A stretch of 64,000 nucleotides of DNA, taken from Selaginella moellendorffii. Its lineage: Eukaryota; Plantae; Lycopodiophyta. The stretch's first letter is position 1. Each line of letters starts with the position of its first letter. The notes under the pieces were generated by a model. The model saw only the letters and a list, made by a program, of their open reading frames with translations, made no database searches and was not told the origin of the DNA. Below, piece after piece: positions 37,710 to 49,149 of this stretch. The stretch spans positions 248,001 to 312,000 of the forward strand of contig NW_003314261.1 of NCBI RefSeq assembly GCF_000143415.4, in the 5' to 3' direction. A program made the position numbers and the translations under genes.

Positions 37710-39600
37710 AGACTGAAGAAAACGATCACGAGCCAGAAGATATCGGCCACCATGTCTCCAGTGCAGTATGCCATCTCAAGAATCAAGTGATGATGAATGT
37801 CAAAGGTGAGCTGGTTGTCACGCCACAGCCTCATTGGAACTTGCTGAGGGAGGCCAATCTCTACAAGTAATGCTCTGAGCCAAACGGTCGTTCTTTGGCT
37901 GCATGAGAGGCAGCCAAATACTCCCTTTAGAGACTCATATGGAAATTAGGCTCATAAAAGATAGAAATCTAGACTTCTTAGATTATGCTACACTTCCTCT
38001 TGAGGTTCTTTACCACCCAACCACCTCAAACTACCTCAAAAGTTCCATTGCACCACAGTGTGAACCCTAGGATAAATTAAGTCTTTTACCCTAACATGCT
38101 TTAATATCTTGTCCCGTACCATGGAATCCAACTTTTTGGAATAAAATTGGAAGTGAGTATCCTTGCCCAATCAGCGTCACTAAAGCTAAGTTGCCCACCC
38201 TGGTACCACAAGTAGGCGATATAACAAGCTCCCGATTGACTGGATGAGTTTGATAGAGAATGTTAATTCCTTGTGCACAGTCACCAATCAGCTCCATCAT
38301 GCCAAGAAAATATCTCAGAAGTGCCTTCATCTCGAACTGGGTCGACAGGTTCTTCTTCACATGAGCAAACATGGCAGTGACCAGATTGTCATCGACATAG
38401 AGGCCAAGGATGGTGAAATCCGGTGGGCAGAACTGGATGTAAAGATTGCTGCGACTCTCTTTTCCTAGTTTAGCAAATCCATCTGGCTGCTGCATGTAAA
38501 TTTCCTCCTTCAATTCTCCATAGAGATAAGCAGTAGTGACATGTAACTGCTCTATGTCCTAGTCACCCGCACCAGCAAACTTGAGAAGGCATGAAGAATC
38601 CATGAAAGTCAGTTCCAAGGACTTGTGAGCAGCCTTATGCATGCCTTGGAATGCAAGAAACAAACACGTGCCATTCTTCCTCTGCGAATGCGAATGCATC
38701 TCATCCTCCATTGCAGCAAGCTAGAATTTAGCTCCTGGAGAATCCATGGCTTGAGCATAAGAGCAGGGCACCATCAGAAGTTTCTAATAGTGGAGGCGAT
38801 TGTCTGGCATGGACTGTCAAATCTGGAGGAACGAGATCCAGGGGACATTCACCACTGGTGTCACTGAGATGGAGATTGAGCCCACTCAAAGCTCCTCAGG
38901 AGGATATCTCAAAGATGAAGAAGCTCCCACAGTTTCTGGAGGAGTTAGGCTGTGAGACAAGCTTGTTAAAGGTCACCTGCTGATAATCACTATGTGTGTA
39001 GCAGGATTCCGGAGATGCCAGGCAGCATGAATTTGGAGACGCCAAGCAGCCTGTAACCCAAGAATTTACACTCAACGCTCTTAGCATCAAGCTTTCTTCA
39101 TGTGGCCCAAGCTTCACAGCCAAAGATGCGCAAGTGTGAAACCAAGGGCTTCCATCCAATGTCCGTCCACAGGGTAACAAATTTTGGACGTAGTTAGCTA
39201 GCTGAATAGCGTCAACTGGGCCACTAACCTGTAGCATCGCTCGTGTACTTTCCACCAGAGTGTGATTCTTCCTCTCAACACAACCGTTTTGCTGGGGAGA
39301 ATAAGCAGCTGTGAATTCTTCAGCCTCTTGGCAAACTCGATTGAATTCACCTTACCACCTCCGTCACACCTGAGTAGTTTCAAGTGCTGCCCTCTTTCCT
39401 ACAGCTTTGAACCTGAGAAATGTTGTAACACTTCAGATTTGAGGTGTAGAAGATACACCACCGTGCAACTAAAAAACTAGAACTGCCACAACTCCAGCTT
39501 GTGCTGGTCATGGATGCCTCAAGCATGAAAACTCACATCTTCATATAGGATCACCTTATGCTCTTGGTCTGCTAGTCCAATGTCAAGGTTGTACAGTCAA
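37710..39600 (-). mobile_element. Degenerate Ty1/Copia retrotransposon remnant (IN-RT-RNaseH fragments)
   Basis: Integrase LRCDGGG..NSIEF and VERKNHTLVESTRAML. RT EEIYMQQPDGF, GLYVDD and FEMK..YFLGM. RNase H LWRDNQ..DIHHH..YCTGDMVADIF near 37740-37830. Many frameshifts, and no LTRs found. Confidence 0.85.
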
Positions 39601-39799
39601 TAACTTGAACGATGAGCAATAAGAGCCTCTCCATCAAGAGGTGAGCAAGAGAGGAATTTTCGTGGGGAGCTCAATCCACCAACTTAGAGCATGGTCATGG
39701 AACATCTAGCACATCCCAATCCCCTCAAGCATCATGTGAATTAGAAGTGTTGAGATCCTTGTTCACTTTTTCAATGCATTTTAATTTTTTCCGGTGGAC

Positions 39800-40634
39800 T
39801 AGGATATTCAAAGTGTGCCACAGGATCTAGCGCATTTTAATCTGCTCCACGAAAGCAGCCACACTCCATCCGAGGTTGCATCGCCTGTTAAGGTAAGGAG
39901 TCCTGTAGCCTAACGTTTCCCTGCCAGGAAGATCATCCTGGCCGAGAATCTTCTAAGCTGCGAGACGGGGAGCCCCAAGATCCTGGCCTTCACAAAAGCC
40001 CCTCGTTGAGCATCCACCACTGTCTCGACACCGAGTTGGACATCTTGCCTTCTTCCAAAAAACCACACCAGGTACATACATTGTCAATCAATTCTGTAGA
40101 GTGTTCTTCCTTGGAACCGTGACACAAGACTCCTGAGAGATGCCCCTGAGAGCGTGGACGACTACTACCTCATACTGGACTGGAGTTGCAACAACACAGT
40201 CGCCGTCGCTCTGGGGCCTGGCGTCTACCTGTGGGACGCCGACACTGGCTAGAGCTTCCAACTTAGCAAATGCGAGGAGCATGACACGGTGACAAGCATT
40301 GCACAGTGGGACTGAGCAGCGCACGCATCCATGCCACCAGCAGTAGCCAGGTTTGTGATCTCAACTTCCTCGTGCAAGCTCTTCTTTCTTGGAACATGTA
40401 GATTCGAACCTTTAGCAGTCACTCATCACGTGTCACGTCTCTGACTTGAAATGGATCATCCAAAAGCTGCGACCACAAGATCATAAACCACGACGGTAAA
40501 ACCTTGGCTTGCTTCCGATGATGGAACGATTAGCTTTGCAAGGCGTCAGTTCTCACGGGACACTGTCAAGAGGCGTGCGGCTTGAAGTGGTCACCATGTG
40601 CAGCGGCAGCAACGATAATCTACTCCATATCTGG
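39800..40634 (+). pseudogene. CDC20: CDC20/FIZZY (APC/C activator) pseudogene, 5' part
   Basis: [61 protein letters not shown] and SGSNDNLLHIW, with stops and deletions. Confidence 0.85.
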
Positions 40635-42333
40635 TGTGAGAGATAGAGATGATGTGGCATTTAATTCAATAAAAAAAATTATCACACAATTATTATTTCT
40701 ATTATTATTCAATAACACCATACTCATACTTGTATGGTGGAGATTTGTAATAGTTGGTGGTGGAGGTGACTCGTATTTGTACTCCTAAAAGGGACATTGA
40801 AGATAAGAGAGAGGTAAATAAGCTATTTGAAGATATTTGACATTATCCAGTAGTGTCCTAGTATGTTTTTTACATTTATTATGGCACATTAATATATGAC
40901 CATATTTTATTATAATAAATAAAGAAGTAAAAATATAGATAATTAAACATTATTTAATTACTCAAGGGTTTGCTATAGAACACCACTCAACACCAAGGTG
41001 TTCCAAATGGTGATTGCAATTTATATCTTAGAAGGCAAATGACTCACAAGATGCTTCAATCTCATAAACCACATAGTACCATTAAGAATATAAAAAGTAA
41101 GTTATTGTGGTCAATGGGCATGCACATGCCCTTTAATAGGGAAGATTTCGTATAGTAATTTTTTGAATGTAATTAGGATGATTAAGTGTTTAGTAGTAGT
41201 AGAAGTGGGAACTTAATAAGTTATGGCTAAAACCACATATTAGTGACAAAATTGAAGTTATAATAATAAGCAAAAATGTGTGTAAGAAAGGATTAAGGAT
41301 TTAAAAGATGAGAGGAAAGGGAAAGGTATGAGAAGGGCCACATTAGTTACATACACACACAATAGGTTAAACTATTTTTCATATCTTTGCATAGGGTATT
41401 CTTTTTGTAAAATGTTTGGTTAAACAAGGCAAGGACATGACAAAGAAAAGAAGATCCAAAAGTTTAAAAATACTAGACTAAAACGAAATAAAATAAGTTG
41501 GAATGCAAAAACAATTATTATATAATATTAATTTTATTACATCTATATACAATTGATGTATAGAAAGTTCTTCTTCATAGTCTGCATATTTCTTCATTAC
41601 TTTTATGGTATTAGAAAATTGACTCCTTGATTTTGGGTGTGAATAATAATAAAAAAAATAAAGGCACAATAATTAATTACTAGTAAGAGAGAGAAAAATT
41701 GAAAATTTATTTTTTACTATTACTTTTAGTACTCTTAGACACTTAATCATCTTTCTTAATTACATAAAAAAATTATTATACAAAATCTTAATATAATTCT
41801 TAATGTAAATTGTTGAAATTGCTTATTGTTACTTGTTGTCAGTGCTTTCTGAATAGCTTAAAACCTAATGTGCTTCATAGTTACTAACTTATTTTTCATC
41901 AAAATAAAAGTTTATTTAAATACCACCCAAATTTAACAACAATACATGTTTAACATTAATTAAGACTTTTTGAACTATTTAGAATCTTTAAAAATTCTAG
42001 AATCAAAGAATAATAATGATAGAAAAAATATTTTTTATCCTTTGCAAAGAAAAATGAGACAAAAGTATCTTTGATGTGTTTTAGTTGGATACAACATAAT
42101 CAACTTGGAAATGTATCAAAAACAAACATTTAATAATGATATTACCGAAGGGAGCAAAGTTTTATCTCAAGTTTTTGAAAATTTTAAACCTTCTTTAGTT
42201 TTAATTAATTTTTTAGATTTAGAGGCATTTTTAGAAGTGATGAAATTAGTAGAAGTCTTTTAAATTTAAAAATATCATTTAAATTTCTGAATTACAAAAT
42301 CAAATATCTAACTAATAAAAATTTATTATGTAC

Positions 42334-42505
42334 TGTGAAGGCCAAGTGTACGGCTACGATGCCGTATACTAATATTAGCGTAGTGAGATTTTGGTAGCCG
42401 TTGAATTGGTTTCAATCCGGACCACTTGCTCCTGTATATAAGCTAGGGTTTTTGGGCTAATTGATATGCACATTTCTGTATCTTTCCATATTCCATGCAC
42501 TCACA
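42334..42505 (+). repeat. 5' LTR (172 bp)
   Basis: Direct repeat of 47147-47321, differing by 9 substitutions and one 3-bp indel. Contains a TATA-like TATATAA. Confidence 0.97.
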
Positions 42506-42506
42506 T

Positions 42507-42524
42507 TGGTGGAGATGAGGGGCA
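42507..42524 (+). promoter_or_regulatory. Primer-binding site, tRNA-Ala type
   Basis: TGGTGGAGATGAGGGGCA versus TGGTGGAGATGCGGGGTA, the complement of the plant cytosolic tRNA-Ala 3' end as I recall it. Confidence 0.75.
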
Positions 42525-42768
42525 CCTTTGATTGTCCCTGAGGAGTGCTTAGATTTGGGATTTCAGTTTAGATCTAACTTTTGCATTATCTAGATCTAGC
42601 TTTATCCATTTCCTTTCTTTTGTTCTTTTCTTTCAGAATTTTGGTTTAGATTTAGCTTTTTGCATTTTCTAGATCTACCATTTCCTTCATTTCTCTTCTT
42701 TTGCTCTTTCTTTTTCATTCGTCTCTATGGCAGATCAGTAATCTCCTCCTTTGACTCTGGAGTAGCAG

Positions 42769-43659
42769 TTGGTACAATTGCTTGATGTTATGCGCTTGCA
42801 ATTGAACAACCAAACTCAGTTGATGGCGGCGTTCACGGCACATGGTACAACTCCTCCTGCTCTTGGTGCCAATCCTCACGTTCGGCCGGAGTTCTTTCGC
42901 GGGAATCCTAGGGATGATGTGTACCATTGGTTTGATCACTTTACGGTGATTGCCACATATCATTCTTGGGATGATGCTCGACGTTTGTGTGAGTTTCCCA
43001 CGTGTCTCCAAGGGACGGCGTTGCAGTGGTACAACGGTTTGGGAGCAGTCACTCGCGGGGATTGGAGTGTTCTTCCGGATGTCTTCAAACGCACCTTCGG
43101 ACATGCCGATGACTATGATGATGCTTTCCAAAAATTGCATCGTCTTCGCCAAGGGCCATCTGAGTCAGTGATGCAATTTGGTGTTCGTTTCCGAAGTCTT
43201 TTGCTTCTTGTAGAGCCAAATATGTCAGAGCAGGTCAAGCTAGGAATGTTGTGGCTAGCACTTCGTCAAGATCTTGTCAGACTTGTGCATGCACTTGCTC
43301 CTGCCACCCTTGATGATGCCCTTCACTTGGCACAATGTTATGAGACATTGCCTTTTCCACTTCTCGCTGCATGCCCTTCAGCTCCACTTCCTGTGGGTGA
43401 TGGTCCTGTTTCAATGGAGGTTGATGCTGCTGCTGCTCGAGTCCAAGGTCAAGGGCGAGGACATGATCGTGGCCGTGATGTTCGCTACTGGGCATGTGAT
43501 GAAGTTGGTTATACTTATCGGCGTTGTCGGCGTTTTCCGGATTGGCGACCTCCATTTCCTGGGTGGAGACCTTGGCATCAACAACGTCCCGTTGGTGCTG
43601 TTGCAATTGAAGGTTTGGACACCGAGATGCATCTGGGAAACGAGGAGTCACGCGAGTAA
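42769..43659 (+). CDS. Retrotransposon gag
   Basis: Open frame with PEFFRG..DDVYHWF, LQGTALQWY, LRQGPSESVMQF and PVSMEVDA. The zinc knuckle is degenerate (YWACDEVGYTYRRC). Confidence 0.85.
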   Translation: MVQLLDVMRLQLNNQTQLMAAFTAHGTTPPALGANPHVRPEFFRGNPRDDVYHWFDHFTVIATYHSWDDARRLCEFPTCLQGTALQWYNGLGAVTRGDWSVLPDVFKRTFGHADDYDDAFQKLHRLRQGPSESVMQFGVRFRSLLLLVEPNMSEQVKLGMLWLALRQDLVRLVHALAPATLDDALHLAQCYETLPFPLLAACPSAPLPVGDGPVSMEVDAAAARVQGQGRGHDRGRDVRYWACDEVGYTYRRCRRFPDWRPPFPGWRPWHQQRPVGAVAIEGLDTEMHLGNEESRE

Positions 43660-46600
43660 CAGAAGGACCTTGCGCGAATAAGTCAGTGACCCCTCCATCT
43701 TTCTTTCGGGAGTATCATCAAGGGGTTCACTTGGCACCAGTTCATCCAGTGTTTACTTTCCAAGCTCGTCTTTATAACAAGAGGTCTCCTATTATTCTCT
43801 CTGTGTTGGTTGATACAGGTTCGAGTTTATCTTCTATTGCTCAACCTGTTGCCACACGTTGTCGTCTACACTTGTGTCGTGCGGCGGAACCAGTTTTCAT
43901 TCTTTATGGCAACGGTTGTACACATGCATGTGCACGGGATGAGGTAGGCCTGGTTGTGCGTGTGGGTGATCTCGAGCTTGAGTTGCAGTCGTTGCGGGTG
44001 GTGCCGAGTCAAGCTTTTGACCTCATTCTTAGTATGGATTAGTTGCAGCGCAATCATGCCAAGTGTGACTTTGAGGCTTCTCCCCCTTGTCTCATACTTC
44101 CTTACGTTTTATCCATTCCTCTCACTTCCATACCTCTTTGTCCCTCTACTTCTACCTCTGCTTCCATTACTTTTGGTTCCCCACTATTTCTTCTTGTGTT
44201 TCTATCTTGTTCTACTCTTCCCTTTTCCGATCCCTCCGACGATCTTTGTGTTGCAGCAGTTGACTGGCTCATGAAGGAGTATTCTGATCTTTTTGACTTT
44301 AACCTATCATCTAGAGCCAAGATTGCCACATGTCATCCGATTCCAACTGGGGATGCTCATCCAATCAAGGTTCTTGTTCATCGTCGGTCACCACAGGAGA
44401 TCAAGATTTTACGTGCAAATGTCCAGGAGATGTTGGAGAAGGGTATTATTCAGAAATCGCGGAGTCCTTGGGCATGTGAACCTCATCTTGTGACGAAGCC
44501 TGATGGGAGCATTCATTTCTGCATCGACTATTGTCCGTTAAACGACATAACGATCTTGGATGTGTACCCTCTTCCTCACACTGCTGATCTCTTGGATCGT
44601 CTGGGGTGAAGTCATTGGTTCACCAAGCTAGATCTTGCTTCTAGGTACCGGCAAGTACTGATGGCCAAAGAAGATATTCCTAAGACTGCTTTTCGTACAC
44701 CATTTGGTTTGTATGAGTTCCTGGTGATGCCATTTGGTTTGAACAATGCTCCAGCAACTTTTTAACGGATGATGGACGAGGTTCTTTGCGATATGCCAGA
44801 GGTGACTGCTGACTTCATTGATGATGTCTTGATCCACTCGGAGGGGATGTGGGAGGAGCACGTTCGTGATGTTTGTAAAGTGTTGGATCAGCTACGCGAT
44901 GTTGGTTTAAAGCTGAAATGGTCGAAGTGTGTGTTTGGATCCAAGGACACAACTTACCTTGGGTACTGTATTTCTCGTGAGGGTTTGCAAGTTGATCATG
45001 ATAAACTTGTGGCTATTTTGAAGTTCCCTATTTCGAAGTGTGTGAATGATGTGCAGTGCTTCTTGGGCAAGGTGCAGTATCTCGGGTGTTTTGTGGATCA
45101 TCTTTCTGATTGCACTGCACCATTGCGAGTATTGCTAAAGTCATCAACGTCATCTTTCATTTGGTCTTTGGATTGTGAGCGGGTGTCCGGGGATCTCAAA
45201 GAGTTATTGACAACTCCTCCGGTTTTGGCATATCCTGACTACACTCAACCTTTTATTTTGCGCGTGGATGCTTTTGACATTGATCTTGGAGGTGTGTTAA
45301 TGCAAGAGAGCTTGAGTGTGCTTGGTCAGTGCCATCCCATTGCATATTTAAGCCGTACATTACAACCAGCAGAGATGAACTACTCCACGACAGAGAAGGA
45401 GTGTTTAGTAGCAGTCTGGGGTTTCGAGAAACTTCATGCATATTTACATGGCTTTCAGACGTTACTTGAAGGTGACCATGCTACTGTTACTTCGTTATTA
45501 AAGTGGAAGAACCTAGTTAGTCGTACTACTTGGTGGGCTTTGAAGCTTCAGATATATGATTTTGATGTTGTTCACCGCCCAGGGAGTTTTATGGCTGATG
45601 CTAATTCCCTTTCTCAAGCTCCTCTTCCTTCTTCACTCTCTTCTTATGTTTCTGACGAGCCTGTCCTTCCAGCATCTGTGGATTTTCTAGACGAGGATTC
45701 AGTGCCGTCGGCGGTTGCTGTACTTGACGTTAAGTGTCCACAAGGTGCAGAGCAAGATCTACCTTCGCATGATGAGGTTCGCGAGGCTCAAAAGATTGAG
45801 CCATAGATTCGAAGGCTTCGAGATGGGTTTGAGGATCCTGCATCACTTGCTGATGACTTGCCTTTCCGGCATTTACATTCTCAATATCATCTTGAAGGTG
45901 GCCTTTTTTATTTTGTGGGGACAGATCCTGATGATCATTTACGGCTGGTGGTGCCTTCTATCTTTATTCCGCGGTTTCTCCATGCCTACCATGATTCTCC
46001 TGTTCTAGGTGGGCATATGAGACATCGTCGTGTAATCGAGAAGCTACATAGGTCTTTCTATTGGCTGGAGGTGTGACGTGATATTATCCGGTATATGTGT
46101 AGCTGCATTTGGTGCCAATCTCGTAATACTCCCCCTCGGGTTGCAGAAGGACGATTGGAGTCAATTGCAATTTCCCGTCCGTTTGAGTTGGTGGCGTTTG
46201 ATTTTATGGGACCTGAATTTATGGGCAATGAGTATGTTATTATTGCTTCTGACTACTTGACTCGTTGGGTGGAAGTTAGTGCTCTTGCTAGTGTCTTTAC
46301 AACTGCTGTTGGATACTTCCTCCTCAATCGAGTGGTGTTCTAACATTCTTGTCCAGAGCGGATTCTTTCGGATAATGGTCCCGCATTTATGGCTGAGGCA
46401 TTTCATGTTTTGATGTCTCGGTTGGGGATTCGCCACACTTTCACAAGTGCTTATCATCCACAATCAGACGGTCTGGTAGAACGGCTCGTTTGGACGTTCA
46501 AGGGGATGATTGCGAAGTATGTGAACTTTCAGCATTCGGATTGGGATAGTTATTTGCCGTCTCTTCGGTATGTATATATCACTGGGGTGTAGAGTTCTGT

Positions 46601-47114
46601 TGGTGCTTCACCATATAAACTCTTATATGGTCATGATCCAATATTACCAACGGAGCTGGGTTTACCTTCGCGATTGCCACGAGCTGCAGATGCTAGGTCA
46701 TGGGATCAATATTTGACAAGCATTCTTCCACTTGTCCGAGCGGAGTCTACCAAACATTTAGGCCACGTACAAGTAGGACAACAATGGCGTTACAACTCCC
46801 ATCATCGTCCACCTGTAGAGTACAAAGTGGATGATTTTGTGTTAGTCCGTTTTCCCCATCTTACGGTACATGGTTTATCTAAGGGGCTCCTTGCACAGTG
46901 GAAAGGACCGTATCAAATATTGCAGCAAGTTGGACCACAAGTTTATGAGGTTCGGCATGACGTCCAGCAAGCCGATCCTCCAAAGATTGTGCATGTGTAG
47001 CGGTTGAAACGCTTCATACAAAGGGATCAGAAGTGGTTAATACCATCTACAGATCTGCCGATGCCTCCTCCTGATGTTCCTCCAGATCCCGGCCCGTCTA
47101 CAAAAGAACTTTGA
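43642..47114 (+). pseudogene. Retrotransposon pol (PR-RT-RH-IN), one reading frame with in-frame stops
   Basis: ORF pieces starting 43686, 44043, 44769, 45858, 46095, 46389 and 46674 are all in the same frame and separated by stop codons. Confidence 0.9.
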
Positions 47115-47146
47115 TGGTCTTCCATTATTCCAAGAGGAGGGGATAA

Positions 47147-47321
47147 TGTGAGGGCCAAGTGTACGGCTACGATGCCGTATATTAATATTAGCGTAGTGGG
47201 ATTTTGGTAGCCGTTAGATTGGTTTCAATCTGGACCACTCGCTCTTGTATATAAACTAGGGTTTTTGGGCTAATTGATATGCACATTTCTGTATTTCCTT
47301 TCCATATTCCATGCACTCACA
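47147..47321 (+). repeat. 3' LTR (175 bp)
   Basis: Preceded by the polypurine tract AAGAGGAGGGGA and followed by the TSD GTAC. Confidence 0.97.
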
Positions 47322-48458
47322 GTACTAAAATTAATTAAATTATTTATTTAATATGAAAAATTTAGTATTTTATTTATTTTATCAAATCAATGTTAGTATC
47401 TAACTGAACATGTAAAATGTATTATATAAATGTTTTTATGATACCTTTATGTTAATTCTTATATTACCTCCATTTTTTTTATAAAAAAATTGAAATATAA
47501 AATGAAATTCACAAACCAAAGTAGCATTTACGAACACAAAATGGACTCAGTTGACTAATGTAAACTACTAGAATTGCAAATTCTCTAGCCTTATATATAA
47601 TTATCAACTTTGTTAGAAAGTGAAACTCATAAACCTTGGAAACACACACAAGATAAATGCATATACACAAAGAGAAAGAACTTTAGATATATTAATTATA
47701 TATAGATGGGTATATAGAATTTTTTGTATTCTTTTCTCATCAACTATCATTTTAAATTAGCTAGACATGATTTAAGCTTAGATTCAGGCTTGGATTAGTT
47801 GCTTGATCGTGAGTGGGAGTTTTAGAGGTAGAGATTATATAACATGTTATTATGCCTATGTGACAGTAATTTCTATATAATCAATCAACTGCCCAAAACT
47901 TAGTTCTTGGTCTTGGCCTTGCTTGCACACATTTTTGCTTATTGTTATGGCTTCAATTTTGCCACTAACACATAGTATTGGCCATGAATTGACAAACTCC
48001 CACTTCTGCTGCTACTAGGCATTTGAATCTTTATAAATATTCTTCCCACTTGCTAAAAATCTCTGCAAAGAATTGTTATGTAATATTTTTAAATCTTGGC
48101 TAATCTAAGTTGTTGAAATCTTTCAATCTCCCATTTGCTTTATGCTCTACTTGCTGCTATTTGTTAGTCAACACCTCTTCACAATCTAGTGCTTTGATGC
48201 AATGCCTCAAACATTTAGTGCATCCAACAAAAGCCTCCAACATTGCAAAAAAAATTTCAATCAAGAGGTTCATCCTCTTCTTCCTCAGTAGCCTCTTGGC
48301 CAACAAATGCCATCCATAGGATCAAAGAGCCAATTGCTCCAATACAATAAAATAAGAACAACAAGAAAGAAGAATTTTGTGTATATCATGTATATAGATG
48401 GGTATATATCCATAAAAACTACTACCATCTAGGCATACTTATATGCCACATCATCTCT

Positions 48459-48858
48459 TCTGGGACACAGGTGTATGTATGTTCCGGTCCAACTGAGGCG
48501 TGTGCTCTACAGTGGAGCCAGCATCAAAAGGAGATTCTCAGCAGCCATGGCTCAACCAGCTGTATGTGTGGAAGTATCCGTCGATGATCAGGATTGCCGA
48601 GCTCCAGGGCCATACTGCTCGAGTGATCCATTTGGCACAGGTTTATCACCAAACAATTCACAAATTGTTTTCTTCTTCTCCAGCTTTTGCCAGTGGCTTT
48701 TCCTGTTTTGCGTGTAGAGCCCCGAGGAAACAACGGTTGCATCTGTGGCCGCGGACGAGACGCTGCGCTTTTGGAGGGTGTTTGGATCGGCCGACAAGAA
48801 ATGTGGCAGCGACATGAAACCCGGTGGCCTCTCCAGAAGCGCCAGTAGCATTCGATGA
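48459..48858 (+). pseudogene. CDC20: CDC20 pseudogene, 3' part with IR tail
   Basis: [63 protein letters not shown]. Ends SSIR*, the APC/C-binding IR tail. Confidence 0.88.
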
Positions 48859-49149
48859 GTTGCATGCATATCATGGAGACTTTGTATTTGTAGAACCTAT
48901 TGAGTTCTCCACTTGCCTCTCTAAGCCACGGCAGCGAAGCGATCTTCTCGAGCTCACTACAAATAGCTGCTTTAGTTTCTCATTTTGGGCATTTTGAAAC
49001 TAACAGAAGTTAGCACCCCAAGTAAAGTAGCGCTGGGTTCTTGCCTGTCTGCCTCCGCGTCGCGTGACTTTACGAGAACTTTGACACCGTCCTCGGTCTA
49101 GAACTCGATTCCCGTAAAGGCATCTCATGATCATGAGGCCGGAGAGAAG

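Larger units (their letters stand above)
42334..47321 (+). mobile_element. Full-length, inactivated Ty3/Gypsy LTR retrotransposon (~5.0 kb)
   Basis: TG..CA LTRs at 42334-42505 and 47147-47321, TSD GTAC, PBS at 42507 and PPT at 47132-47143. Order is gag, PR (LVDTGSS), RT (FIDDVL), RNase H (NYSTTEKE), IN (H-H-C-C, SDNG, WKGPY). Confidence 0.97.
40645..48458. mobile_element. AT-rich inverted-repeat-bounded insertion (putative non-autonomous DNA transposon) interrupting CDC20
   Basis: Perfect 16-bp inverted repeat AGAGATGATGTGGCAT (40645-40660) / ATGCCACATCATCTCT (48443-48458). The interior is abruptly AT-rich and CpG-poor, and CDC20 homology stops and resumes at the flanks. Confidence 0.7.

Noticed and set aside
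47880-48320. RIP-like claim from stop codons that could revert to CAA/CAG/CGA in the AT-rich element
   Set aside because: Every stop codon begins with T, so reversibility is trivial. A consensus comparison is needed.
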